From positions 1 to 31,380 of the forward strand of contig CAXXTX010000015.1 in assembly GCA_963666425.2 (NCBI GenBank): 31,380 nt of DNA. Direction: 5' to 3'. This DNA is from Bacillota bacterium. GTDB lineage: Bacteria; Bacillota; JAAYKD01. Position 1 is the stretch's first letter. Every line of letters starts with the position of its first letter. Position numbers and translations under genes: made by a program. A model generated the notes under the pieces. It was not told the origin of the DNA and searched no databases. It worked only from the letters and a program-made list of their open reading frames with translations. Positions 9,007 to 19,125 of this stretch are shown here, in pieces.

Positions 9007-9921
9007 CTACTGCTCTTTCGCTAAATAAGAAGCGACCGCAATCGAACGGTATTTCGCTTCCGGAGTATCGGAGCGGGAGGTCAGGACAATTGGTTTTCTG
9101 GCACCGACAATGATCCCGGCCACTTTTGTATTGCCAAAATAGACTAAAGATTTGTACATGACGTTGCCGACTTCAATAAACGGCACTAAAATAATATCCG
9201 CCTGCCCTGCCACCGGATCGCTGATCCCCTTATGCTGTGCCGCGGCTGCTACCAAAGCAGCGTCGAAAGCCAGCGGCCCGCTGACCATGGCATCGCCAAA
9301 TTCACCCGCCAGCGCCAGTTCATGCAGCTTTTCCGCATCGACTGTGGCAGGCATTTTGGGATTGACATGTTCAAAGGCGGTTAAAGGTACCGCTTTGGGT
9401 TGACTGATGCCGAACCCGCGCGCCACAGAGAAGGCGTTCTTCAGCATATCCACTTTTTGTTCCAGAGTAGGTGCAATCACCATACCGCCGTCGGTCATAA
9501 AAATCAACCGGTCCAGCCCTGGAATCTCCATCACCGCCACATGGCAGAGCAAGTGATCTGTCCTTAAGCCAATTTGTTTGTCCAAGACCGCACGCAATAA
9601 ATTAGCGGTGTCGACAATGCCCTTCATCAGCATGTGCGCTTTACCGCTGGAAACCAATTCCACCGCTTTGCGGGCCGCGTCGATGTTATCCACCGCATCA
9701 ACAATTTCCATGCTTTGCAGGTTAAAACCATGCGTTGCGGCGATCTGCAGGATTTCTTCCTTTTTGCCAACCAGGGTAGCATCCACCAGACCCGATTGAA
9801 CGGCATGACAAACGGCCTCCAGCACATCTTCATCATGGGCTGCCGCAACCGCAATATGACGCTTGGGCAACTGACTGATCTGCTCGAGTAATTCATCAAA
9901 TGATTTGATCAAATTTCCCAT
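9007..9921 (-). CDS. ptb: Phosphate butyryltransferase
   Basis: Motifs IAVAAAHD, LMKG..DT, TDGGM, NPKMPAT.DA, GPLAFD, VLTSRSD; lies between two buk genes. Confidence 0.92.
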   Translation of the reverse strand: MGNLIKSFDELLEQISQLPKRHIAVAAAHDEDVLEAVCHAVQSGLVDATLVGKKEEILQIAATHGFNLQSMEIVDAVDNIDAARKAVELVSSGKAHMLMKGIVDTANLLRAVLDKQIGLRTDHLLCHVAVMEIPGLDRLIFMTDGGMVIAPTLEQKVDMLKNAFSVARGFGISQPKAVPLTAFEHVNPKMPATVDAEKLHELALAGEFGDAMVSGPLAFDAALVAAAAQHKGISDPVAGQADIILVPFIEVGNVMYKSLVYFGNTKVAGIIVGARKPIVLTSRSDTPEAKYRSIAVASYLAKEQ

Positions 9922-9957
9922 CTCTCCTTATTTTTTCTCTCTATAGGTTCTATGATA

Positions 9958-11019
9958 TTAATAAGTGCGAAGGATTTCCTCGCCCTTCAATACCCGAAAA
10001 ACACCCTCGGCCAGAGCACGCATCTCGTCCTCGCCCGGGTAACGATAAACCGCTGCGATCCAATTGACCAATTCCTCGATACCGCAGCAGAGCTGATCGC
10101 TGTGCGCCATACCGCCGGTGAGCAGAATCGCGTCCACTTTCCCTTTCAGGGTGACCGCCATGGCGCCAATTTCCTTACCAATCTGATAAACCATGGCCAT
10201 ATAGACTTCCGCAGCGCGGCGATCGCCGGCTGCAATCCGCTGTTCCACCACACGCAGATCGCCGGTTCCCAAATAAGCGATCAGGCCGGCTTTGCCGTTG
10301 ATCTTTTTAATCATTTCATTCTCAGTATACTGACCGCTGTAACATAAACGGACCAGCGAATAAACCGGCAGGGTACCGGCGCGTTCGGCCGAAAAAGGAC
10401 CGTTTTGATTGGCATTGTTGACATCAATCACCCGGCCGCCTGTAATGGGAGCAATGGAAAAACCGCCGCCCAGATGCGCCACAATCAGGTTCAGCGTTTC
10501 GTATTTTTGTTTTTGCAATTGGGCATGACGCAGGGCAATGGCTCGGATATTCAGCGCATGCAGCATGCTGACACGCGGTAATTCCGGTAAGCCGCTGAAT
10601 CGCGCGACCGGATCAAATTCATCAACCGAAACCGGATCGACAATAAAGGCCTGCACCGCATGCAAAGCCGCTAAGCGTTCTGCCAATAAACCGCCTAAAT
10701 TGGATGCATGAATGCCGTAAACACCGGATATTAAGTCCTGCCGCATTGCTTGATTGACCGAATAGACACCGCTGTGCAAAGGCTTCAGCATACCACCGCG
10801 TCCAACCACTGCTGTTAAAGTTTCCCCAACGGGTAGAACCAGCGGCAGCCATGCTTTAATCAGCTCCAGCCGGAACTCCAATTGATCGATGGTTTGGGCA
10901 AAGCCCGCCAGTTCCTCCGCTGTATGGTAAAAAGTCTGATCCGCTGCTTTGACATAATCGCAATAGAGCGCAACTTTTGTTGAAGTGGAACCCGGATTGA
11001 TCACAAGTACAATCTGCAA
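9958..11019 (-). CDS. buk: Second butyrate kinase paralog
   Basis: Motifs INPGSTSTK, VGRGG, HASNLG, VDPVSVDE, HLGGGFS, YPGEDE. Start placed at TTG 11019 after GAAGGGGAG. Confidence 0.93.
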   Translation of the reverse strand: MQIVLVINPGSTSTKVALYCDYVKAADQTFYHTAEELAGFAQTIDQLEFRLELIKAWLPLVLPVGETLTAVVGRGGMLKPLHSGVYSVNQAMRQDLISGVYGIHASNLGGLLAERLAALHAVQAFIVDPVSVDEFDPVARFSGLPELPRVSMLHALNIRAIALRHAQLQKQKYETLNLIVAHLGGGFSIAPITGGRVIDVNNANQNGPFSAERAGTLPVYSLVRLCYSGQYTENEMIKKINGKAGLIAYLGTGDLRVVEQRIAAGDRRAAEVYMAMVYQIGKEIGAMAVTLKGKVDAILLTGGMAHSDQLCCGIEELVNWIAAVYRYPGEDEMRALAEGVFRVLKGEEILRTY

Positions 11020-11146
11020 TCTTGCTCTCCCCTTCTTCTCATTTCTGCACACGACGTATCAGTTCGTCAATTACTGGAATTTCTCCTTCTCATGCAGCGA
11101 ATATTTAGCTACACGAAGCAAAAATCCACGTTTCACCTTGTCTTCT

Positions 11147-12004
11147 TCAGCTATGAATTACCAAACTGACTTGCACACCCGGGAAAAACCCGCAAGGGTA
11201 GTAAACTTGTCTAAAATTATTCTGCACATAGAGCCCGTTGCCTGAGCGCAGATAAAAAACACCATTCATGCGTTCTAAGGCCTTCACCACCTGGGTCAAA
11301 CCCAAACCACGGCCGGCTTCATTGGTACCGGAGACACCCTGCTGCAAAGCATAGCGGATCACCGCTTCATCCGACCAATCCCGCACCGGATGATGAATGG
11401 AAAGGCTGCCGCGCAGACCAATCCCCAAATCGGCAATGGCAAAATGGATGCTGCGGCCGCCTGTTTGCTTGCTGCGATAACTTTGCGCGGCGACGATGCC
11501 AAAATCACCGCTGTGCTGCGGCACATTTTGGCAGACTTCCGACAGCAGCGTACAAATCTGCAGCTGATCGCGGCTGAGAGATTTTTCACCGTTTTGCAGC
11601 ATGCGCTGCATATTTTTCATCATCATCATTACTAAGCCCGCCACATCTTCTTCCTGTTTCATCACGGTAATGGGAATCAGCCAGGGTTCTTCCCCGCTTT
11701 GTGGCAAAAAATGCAGGCGCTGGCTGGGAATCAGCGTGGCATACTTTTCGGCTTCACTTAAAAATCCGCTGCGCTGCAAATAGGATAAGACTTGATCGTT
11801 TTGCGGCAGATATAAGCCGACCCGCTCCACCACCATGGCGAGATAGCGCAGATAAGACAAGGTTAGAACCAAGCCAAAAGGATCAATGAATTCCAAATCG
11901 CGCAGCGAGAGCACATTGTTGCTGCCATCTTGCGGCTGTAAACGCGCCAGGGCTCTGGCCGTTGTTTCGCCAGTCAACGTAAAAGGAAGATTGAGAAAAT
12001 TCAT
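11147..12004 (-). CDS. STAS-like + histidine-kinase-like ATPase (HATPase_c) protein
   Basis: N-terminal STAS-like segment (LRDLEFIDPFGL...YLQRSGF). GHKL boxes LSEVCQN, IADLGIGL and GRGLGL. No recognisable HisKA H-box. RBS AAGGAGG. Confidence 0.7.
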   Translation of the reverse strand: MNFLNLPFTLTGETTARALARLQPQDGSNNVLSLRDLEFIDPFGLVLTLSYLRYLAMVVERVGLYLPQNDQVLSYLQRSGFLSEAEKYATLIPSQRLHFLPQSGEEPWLIPITVMKQEEDVAGLVMMMMKNMQRMLQNGEKSLSRDQLQICTLLSEVCQNVPQHSGDFGIVAAQSYRSKQTGGRSIHFAIADLGIGLRGSLSIHHPVRDWSDEAVIRYALQQGVSGTNEAGRGLGLTQVVKALERMNGVFYLRSGNGLYVQNNFRQVYYPCGFFPGVQVSLVIHS

Positions 12005-12057
12005 GCTTTCTCAATCCTCCTTCCCTTTTTAAATCCAGACCGTCAAATTTCTAATCT

Positions 12058-13299
12058 TTATTTTGTTTTTAGGGTTTGCCATAAGAGATAAGCGGCATTT
12101 TTTACGGTTCTCATTTTGATCTGACTGCGTGAACCGCTTAAATTCAATTGCTTGCTCATGGTAGTGCTGCCGGACGCAACCGCCAGCCAAACCAAGCCAA
12201 CCGGTTTCTCGGCCGTCCCGCCGCCCGGCCCGGCTACACCGCTGACCGCAATGGCATAATCCGTTCCGCTGATCGCTCTGGCCTGTTCCGCCATCTCGCG
12301 CACCGTTTCTTCGCTGACCGCGCCAAAGGTCGTCAGGGTTTCCGGCTTGACTCGCAGCTGCTGCATTTTGCTTTCATTACTGTAAGTGACCCAACCTTGC
12401 CGGAAATAACCGGAACTACCGGGAATATCGGTAAACGAACTGGCTAAAAGACCGCCGCTGCAGGATTCTGCCGTCGCTAAGGTTTCCCCACGCGCCAACA
12501 ACAGATTGGCTGCGGCGAAGAAGATCGTATCTTCATCTGTACCGTAAATATGTTCTCCCACACGTTTGGCAATTTCGGCAGTGAGCGCGTCAAATTTCAG
12601 ATCCGCTACCTCACGATTGGCGGCTCTGGTGGTCAGACGCATTTTGGTTTCTCCCATGCCGGCATAGAGCGCCATGGTAGGATCGACCTGGCTGCGCATC
12701 AGGTCGAGCACTTCCGTCTCCAATTGCGATTCGCCGATTCCAAAGAATTTGAGATTGCGGGAGAATAAATGCTGTTCCAAATTATACAGTTCTTTCAGCA
12801 GCGGTACAACTTGGTTCTCGAACATCGCGTCCATTTCCCAAGGCGGTCCGGGCAGCAAAAAAAGCCATTTATCCTGGTAAGGTACGGCATAACCGCAGGC
12901 TGTGCCATTGGGATTCTCCAACAGCATCGATCCCAGTGGTTTCAGTGCCTGTTTGCGGTTATTCTCTGTCATTTTGCCATGACGGGATTGAAAACGGTTG
13001 ATCAACCAATTCAACTGACCTTCATCCAGGACCAATTCGCGGCCGGTTGCTTCCGCCACCGCTTCCCGGGTCAGGTCGTCATCGGTGGGGCCGAGACCGC
13101 CGGTTAAAATCAAAATATCAGCCCGCGACATCGATTCGCGGATGCAGGCCGTCAAGCGCGCCGCATTGTCACCCACGGTAATCTGACGATAAACATTGAT
13201 GCCAAAATCCGCCAAACGCTGCGCCAACCAGGCGGCATTGGTATTGACGATTTGGCCTAAGAGAATTTCTGTGCCGACGGATATTAATTCCGCATTCAT
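12058..13299 (-). CDS. cinA: Competence/damage-inducible protein CinA
   Basis: VGTEILLGQIVNTN, GGLGPTDDDLT, LPGPP.E; C-terminal PncC domain (AESCSGG, YSNESK, GAVS, GVAGPGG). Confidence 0.96.
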   Translation of the reverse strand: MNAELISVGTEILLGQIVNTNAAWLAQRLADFGINVYRQITVGDNAARLTACIRESMSRADILILTGGLGPTDDDLTREAVAEATGRELVLDEGQLNWLINRFQSRHGKMTENNRKQALKPLGSMLLENPNGTACGYAVPYQDKWLFLLPGPPWEMDAMFENQVVPLLKELYNLEQHLFSRNLKFFGIGESQLETEVLDLMRSQVDPTMALYAGMGETKMRLTTRAANREVADLKFDALTAEIAKRVGEHIYGTDEDTIFFAAANLLLARGETLATAESCSGGLLASSFTDIPGSSGYFRQGWVTYSNESKMQQLRVKPETLTTFGAVSEETVREMAEQARAISGTDYAIAVSGVAGPGGGTAEKPVGLVWLAVASGSTTMSKQLNLSGSRSQIKMRTVKNAAYLLWQTLKTK

Positions 13300-14630
13300 G
13301 CGATGCCATCTCCTTTAATTGCTTCTGCCACTAAATCATAGCCTTGAATTGCGATTGCTCTCGCCTTGACAAAGCTCCCCACCACACCGTTGCCCTGATA
13401 AATCACCAGGCCATCGATATCGGGTGCTTGTCCGCGAAAACGTCCCAGCCAACACTGTTCGGACACTTCTTTCTCCAAGAGGACCTCAATCTCCTTGCCC
13501 AGCCAACGCTGCAATTTATCCTGCACCACACTTTGCTGCGCTTCCATCAGCAAATTGCGCCGCCGCTGTTTTTCTGCTTCTTCCACTTGCATTGGCATAG
13601 CAACCGCGCCGGTACCGTCTTCGGCCGAATAAGTGAAGACACCGACATGATCAAATTTCGTCTGTAAAATAAATTGACGCAGTGCTTCGGCATCCTCTGC
13701 GGTTTCCCCCGGGAAACCGGCGATATAACTGGTGCGTAAAACCAAATTCGGCATCGCCTGGCGCAATTTGGCAATCAGGGCGAGAATTTCCGCTTTGCTG
13801 CCGGTCCGATGCATGGCTTGCAGAATGCTGTCCTGGCAATGCTGCAGCGGCAGGTCGATGTACTGACACATCTTGGGATTGCTTGCCATCAATTCTATAA
13901 AATCGTCGGTAAAATGTGTCGGGTAGAAATAAAGAATTCTCAGCCAGTGCAGTTCTGCTATTTGCACCAGTTCGCGGCAGAGACGGCCGAGAGCATATTC
14001 GCCGTAAAGGTCTTGGCCATAGAGCGTGCAGTCCTGCGCAATCAGACAAATCTCGCGCACGCCGTTCGCCACCAGTTCGCGGCATTCCGCCAGAATATCT
14101 TCCACCGTGCGGCTGCGGTAATGACCGCGGATCATTGGGATGGCACAATAGCTGCAGCGGTTATTGCAGCCGTCGGCAATTTTAACATAAGCGATCGCCG
14201 GCATCGTTGCCTGCATACGCGGCATGGTATGATCAAACAAATAATTCTCAGGCTCGCTGACCGCCAGCACCTGCTGTTTTTGGGCGCGAATCTGCTCCAA
14301 GATCTTCAACACGGAGGGGAAATCACCCACACCGATTAAAGCGTCCACTTCCGGCAGTTCCGCTGCCAATTCCTTGGCATAGCGCTGCACCAGACAGCCA
14401 GTCACCAAGAGATATTTTAACGCTCCGGTTTTTTTCAGTTCAGCCATTTCCAGAATCTGATCGATCGATTCCTGTTTAGCCGATTCGATAAAACCGCAGG
14501 TATTGACGACCACTACTTCGGATTCTTCCGGCTGCGCATAAGTATAACCGGCGTTCGCCAAAACACCCATCATCATTTCGCTGTCGACCAGGTTTTTGGT
14601 GCAGCCCAAAGAGATCATCGAGAATTTCAT
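13296..14630 (-). CDS. rimO: Ribosomal protein S12 methylthiotransferase
   Basis: SLGCTKNLVDSE, NTCGFIESAKQES, radical SAM motif CNNRCSYC, QAPDIDG in the TRAM region. Confidence 0.95.
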   Translation of the reverse strand: MKFSMISLGCTKNLVDSEMMMGVLANAGYTYAQPEESEVVVVNTCGFIESAKQESIDQILEMAELKKTGALKYLLVTGCLVQRYAKELAAELPEVDALIGVGDFPSVLKILEQIRAQKQQVLAVSEPENYLFDHTMPRMQATMPAIAYVKIADGCNNRCSYCAIPMIRGHYRSRTVEDILAECRELVANGVREICLIAQDCTLYGQDLYGEYALGRLCRELVQIAELHWLRILYFYPTHFTDDFIELMASNPKMCQYIDLPLQHCQDSILQAMHRTGSKAEILALIAKLRQAMPNLVLRTSYIAGFPGETAEDAEALRQFILQTKFDHVGVFTYSAEDGTGAVAMPMQVEEAEKQRRRNLLMEAQQSVVQDKLQRWLGKEIEVLLEKEVSEQCWLGRFRGQAPDIDGLVIYQGNGVVGSFVKARAIAIQGYDLVAEAIKGDGIA

Positions 14631-16483
14631 TTTCTAGCCCCCAGATTTGGTTTTTTATAGCCGCTGCGCCGTGTTTTTTTAGGCTGCACGTTGCCCGTAG
14701 GACGGATCAGACTGTTTTTATCATAACCGATTAAGTCTTCTCTGCCTGCCTGATGTAAGGCTTTCAAGACTTCGTCACGATTGTCCGGACGGCGGTATTG
14801 CAGCAATGCGCGCTGCAGTTTGCGTTTTTCTGCTGTTTTGACCACGGTTACGGCTTCCCCGGTCATCGGGTTCAAGCCGGTGTAATACATGGCGGTGGAA
14901 ACACTGCCCGGAGTTGGGATGAAATCCTGTACCTGCTCCGGCTGAAAGCCGAGATCATGTACGTATTCTGCGAGTGTTACGGCGTCCTGCAGGGAGCAGC
15001 CGGGATGAGATGTCATGAAATAAGGCACCAAAAACTGATCTCTGCCCAATTCCCGATTGACTTCTTCGTACATTTTGCGGAAGCGATTGAAGACGCTGAC
15101 ACCGGGTTTGCCCATAGTCTGCATCACCGAATCGGCCACATGCTCCGGCGCCACTTTTAATTGTCCGCTGATATGGTACTGACAGAGTTCCTTCAAATAG
15201 GCTCTGCCCTTGGGATCCGCCAGCAAGTAATCATAACGTACGCCGGAACGGACGAAAACTTTCTTTACCTTGGGAATCACGCGTGCCTCCCGCAGCAGGG
15301 CAAAATAATCGCTGTGGTCGGCATCCAAATTGGGACAAGGTTCGGGGAACAAACATTGACGATTACTGCAGGTTCCCACCGTCAATTGTTTTTGACAGGA
15401 AGGAATGCGGAAATTGGCGCTGGGTCCCCCAATATCGTGAATATAACCTTTAAAGCGATGGGAGTTGGTCATCAGCCGAATCTCACGCAAAATACTCTCA
15501 TGGCTGCGGGCTTGGATGATTCTGCCCTGATGGCTGGTGATAGCACAAAAATTGCAGCCGCCAAAGCAGCCGCGATGACTGGTGATGCTGAATTCCACTT
15601 CATGCAGCGCCGGAACGCCGCCCAAAGCATCGTAGCTGGGATGCCAGGCTCGTTCATAAGGCAGATCGTAGACCGCATCCAATTCGGCGGTGGAAAGCGG
15701 TTTCGCCGGGGGATTGACGATCAGCCAATTGGTTTTCTGTTTTTGCGCCAGCTTCTTCCCGGAAAAAGGATTTTGTTCCAGTTCGCTGAGGCGAAATGCT
15801 GTGGCGTAACTTCTTCTGTCATTGACAACCTGTTCATAGGAAGGAAGCTCGACGGTATTCTCTTCCGGGCTGAACTCATCCTGCAGATAGGCGCTGCCGG
15901 CAATTTCGTGCAGTTTGGTCAGGGGTACGCCTCTTCGCGCATATCTTGCAATTTCCTTCGTCTGTTTCTCACCCATGCCGTAAATCAGCAGATCGGCCTT
16001 GCTGTCCGCTAAAATAGATTGCATCACTTTATCGTCCCAGTAATCGTAATGCGCCATTTTACGTAAGCTCGCTTCGATGCCGCCGAGTACGATCGGTACA
16101 TCGCCATATAAGCGCCGAATGATCTGACAATAAACCGTCACCGCCCGATTCGGTCTTTTACCCCCGATTCCACCGGCCGCATAATCGTCTTCGCTGCGCC
16201 GCTTTTTATTGGCCGTATAATTATTCAGCATCGAATCTAAATTGCCGCTGGAAACCAAAAAGCCCAAACGCGGCCTGCCGAGCTGCGTAAATTGTTTATC
16301 GTCTTTCCAGTTGGGTTGGGCAATCATACCCACCCGGAACCCTTCCGCTTCCAACATGCGGCTGATAATTGCGCTGCCAAAGCTGGGATGATCAACATAA
16401 GCGTCACCGCAGACCATAATAAAATCACATTCATCCCATTCTCTTGCCTGCATTTCGGCTGCAGTCATCGGTAAAAAAGCCAT
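14627..16483 (-). CDS. ygiQ: YgiQ family (UPF0313) radical SAM protein
   Basis: GDAYVDHPSFG, GGIEASLR..AHYDYW, HRGCFGGCNFC, SGQLKVAPEH, QVQDFIPTP. Confidence 0.93.
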   Translation of the reverse strand: MAFLPMTAAEMQAREWDECDFIMVCGDAYVDHPSFGSAIISRMLEAEGFRVGMIAQPNWKDDKQFTQLGRPRLGFLVSSGNLDSMLNNYTANKKRRSEDDYAAGGIGGKRPNRAVTVYCQIIRRLYGDVPIVLGGIEASLRKMAHYDYWDDKVMQSILADSKADLLIYGMGEKQTKEIARYARRGVPLTKLHEIAGSAYLQDEFSPEENTVELPSYEQVVNDRRSYATAFRLSELEQNPFSGKKLAQKQKTNWLIVNPPAKPLSTAELDAVYDLPYERAWHPSYDALGGVPALHEVEFSITSHRGCFGGCNFCAITSHQGRIIQARSHESILREIRLMTNSHRFKGYIHDIGGPSANFRIPSCQKQLTVGTCSNRQCLFPEPCPNLDADHSDYFALLREARVIPKVKKVFVRSGVRYDYLLADPKGRAYLKELCQYHISGQLKVAPEHVADSVMQTMGKPGVSVFNRFRKMYEEVNRELGRDQFLVPYFMTSHPGCSLQDAVTLAEYVHDLGFQPEQVQDFIPTPGSVSTAMYYTGLNPMTGEAVTVVKTAEKRKLQRALLQYRRPDNRDEVLKALHQAGREDLIGYDKNSLIRPTGNVQPKKTRRSGYKKPNLGARK

Positions 16484-16512
16484 TGTTTACTCCTTATTGT
16501 CTGTTGATATCG

Positions 16513-19029
16513 TTATTCACTGAATTTGTTCTCCAATTGTTCTTTCGACATCGTCACTTCCCGCGGCTTGCTGCCCTGCGCCGGACCGACCACGCCGTAC
16601 TCTTCCAATTGATCCATCAGGCGGCCTGCCCGACTGTGACCCACTTTTAATCTGCGCTGCAAATAAGAAACCGAACCCTGCCCGGATTCGATCACGATGC
16701 GGGCGGCCTGCAGGAAGAAATCATCCAGATCGCCCGTATCGGTTTCTTCGTTTTCCAATTCTTCCGGCGTCAGGATAGCCTCGTTAAAGACGGGTGCACC
16801 CTGCATTTTGACATGTGCAATCACCGCATCCAATTCTTTTTCGGAAATATAGGCACCCTGAATGCGGATCGGTTTGGGAATACCCATCGGCTGAAACAGC
16901 ATATCGCCGCGGCCCAGCAATTTCTCGGCGCCGTTCATGTCCAGAATGATACGGGAATCGGTGCCGGAAGAAACCGCAAAAGCAATACGGGAAGGAATAT
17001 TGGCCTTGATTGTGCCGGTGATTACATCGGCGGAAGGCCGCTGCGTGCCCATCACCAAATGAATACCGCAGGCCCGCGCCAATTGAGCAATGCGGATAAT
17101 CGATTCCTCCACATCTTCTTTGGCCACGATCATCAGATCCGCCAATTCATCGATAAAAACGATCCAATAGGGCAAAGCTTCGCGCTCACCGCTTAAATTG
17201 ACTCGCTCATTGAATTGACCAATGCTTTTGACACCCAGTACGGCAAACAATTCGTAACGCCGATCCATTTCTTTGGTCACGGAACGCAGCACGCCAGCCG
17301 CTTTTTTAGGATCGGTCACTACCGGTGACAACAAATGCGGAATGCCGTTATAATTGATCATTTCCACCACCTTGGGATCGATCATGATCATTTTTACTTG
17401 CTGTGGAGAAAAGCGATACAATAAACTGGTAATAATACAATTCATGCAGACGCTTTTACCGGAACCGGTAGCACCGGCGATTAAAAGATGCGGCATCTTA
17501 GTCAAGTCAGTCACAATTGTCCTGCCGGCGATATCTTTGCCCAGCGCCACGATCACCCCTTTATCGGAATTCTGGAATTCAGGGGAAGATAAGACATCGC
17601 GGATGGCTACAATGGCGACCTCTTTGTTCGGCACTTCAATGCCGATGGCAGGTTTGCCGGGAATCGGCGCTTCAATCCGCACCCCGGTTGCTGCCAAGCT
17701 CAGCGCTATATCGTCGGCTAAATTCGCCACTTTATTGACGCGGATCCCCGGCGCCAACTGCAGCTCATAGCGGGTGATTGCCGGGCCGCAGCTAACATGC
17801 ACCACTTTGGCTTTGACGCCAAAAACGGCCAGCGTCTGTTCCAATTGATCGGTTTTCTCTTCCAACTCCGCCATGCGGTTCTTCGGCATCGCCAAACCGG
17901 CGGCAAGCAATTCCAAGGGCGGTTTGATATAGACAGCTATTTTATGCTGCGGCATCACACTTGTTTCCACATCATCTTTGGCAGTGCTTTTTCCGGTGAC
18001 AGTCAACGGATTTTCTTTGCGCTGCGGTGAGTTCATCGCTTTACCGCTGGGCATCCGCTCCGGAACAGCGGCAACAGGACTGCCAGCGGTTGGCGATGCC
18101 GCATCCATGGCGATACTCTCCACGGTGAAGCGAGGCTTTGGCGGCTGCATCGCGGGTTCTTCTGCGTCTAAATTCAGCTGCGCTGTGTTTTGCTGATAAA
18201 TCAACTCCGAATCCGGAGTCAATTGCATCACTTCGTTAGCCGGCGAAACAGATAAGCCTGACTGCTGTATCTTCTCTCCCGCAATCCGAATGGAACTCAG
18301 CCGTTTCTCCGGTGAAATTTCTGCGGCAGCCTCTGCCGGCTGCCGATTGGCCGCTATACTCAGTTGCGGCTGTTTCGCTTCTGCGGGTTGGACAGCACTT
18401 TGAGTCTGTTGATTTTTGTTAAAAACAGGCAGGCTGATTTTGGGTCTGGCCTGGAATAAGCGCTTGATTTGCCGCCCAAACAGCGTCAGGAAATAGGACG
18501 GTGCCAGGTGACTGATGAGACAAACCGCCACAAAAACCAGTAAAAGCAAGACCAACACGCTGCCGGCGGTGCCAACAATCTGTAAAATAGCGTTCAGCAA
18601 GGAAGAGCCTAGAATTCCACCCGCCCGGCGAAAGGTCTCTTCCGCCATAATATCTTGCCGCTGAAACCAAAACCCTAAGGCGACCGACATCATCACAACA
18701 AAATTCAAAATGACAATACCAATCAGCAATCCGGCGCGGATGCCACTAGGACGCGCCAATAAAACAGCCAGACAAACATATAATAAGGTAGCAATCGGCA
18801 GGATAGCTGCGCTGCCAAACATATAACGGAAAAAATCGGCCAACACACTGCCGATACTGCCTGTTTTATCGTAAAACAAACTGATGCCGATGTAAATTAA
18901 AACAAAGGAGCCCACCAAAGGCAGCAGCCATTTTGCGGAACGCAAAAAACCTTCGCTGAAAAAAGGTTTTGGTGCCGGCTTTCTTCTGCGGCGTTTTTTG
19001 GTCTCGGTCAAATCAATCACCTCTGTCAA
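16513..19029 (-). CDS. ftsK: DNA translocase FtsK/SpoIIIE
   Basis: N-terminal TM helices, low-complexity linker, PHLLIAGATGSGKS, IDELADL, GAEKLLGRGDML and a C-terminal gamma domain. The TTG start is less certain. Confidence 0.96.
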   Translation of the reverse strand: MTEVIDLTETKKRRRRKPAPKPFFSEGFLRSAKWLLPLVGSFVLIYIGISLFYDKTGSIGSVLADFFRYMFGSAAILPIATLLYVCLAVLLARPSGIRAGLLIGIVILNFVVMMSVALGFWFQRQDIMAEETFRRAGGILGSSLLNAILQIVGTAGSVLVLLLLVFVAVCLISHLAPSYFLTLFGRQIKRLFQARPKISLPVFNKNQQTQSAVQPAEAKQPQLSIAANRQPAEAAAEISPEKRLSSIRIAGEKIQQSGLSVSPANEVMQLTPDSELIYQQNTAQLNLDAEEPAMQPPKPRFTVESIAMDAASPTAGSPVAAVPERMPSGKAMNSPQRKENPLTVTGKSTAKDDVETSVMPQHKIAVYIKPPLELLAAGLAMPKNRMAELEEKTDQLEQTLAVFGVKAKVVHVSCGPAITRYELQLAPGIRVNKVANLADDIALSLAATGVRIEAPIPGKPAIGIEVPNKEVAIVAIRDVLSSPEFQNSDKGVIVALGKDIAGRTIVTDLTKMPHLLIAGATGSGKSVCMNCIITSLLYRFSPQQVKMIMIDPKVVEMINYNGIPHLLSPVVTDPKKAAGVLRSVTKEMDRRYELFAVLGVKSIGQFNERVNLSGEREALPYWIVFIDELADLMIVAKEDVEESIIRIAQLARACGIHLVMGTQRPSADVITGTIKANIPSRIAFAVSSGTDSRIILDMNGAEKLLGRGDMLFQPMGIPKPIRIQGAYISEKELDAVIAHVKMQGAPVFNEAILTPEELENEETDTGDLDDFFLQAARIVIESGQGSVSYLQRRLKVGHSRAGRLMDQLEEYGVVGPAQGSKPREVTMSKEQLENKFSE

Positions 19030-19079
19030 TTTTCTAATGCATAAGCTGATTATACCACAAGCGATAAGAACTATACAAG

Positions 19080-19106
19080 AAAAAAGCTACCGCTAACGGC
19101 AGCTTT
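19080..19106 (-). terminator. Probable terminator after rnj
   Basis: AAAGCTACCG-loop-CGGCAGCTTT hairpin with an A tract on the left. Confidence 0.55.
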
Positions 19107-19125
19107 CATTTCTTAGTTAAATAAC

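Noticed and set aside
15161-16012. 283-aa plus-strand ORF and the other antisense ORFs across 3.5-25 kb
   Set aside because: Shadow ORFs opposite well-supported genes, with no recognisable motifs.
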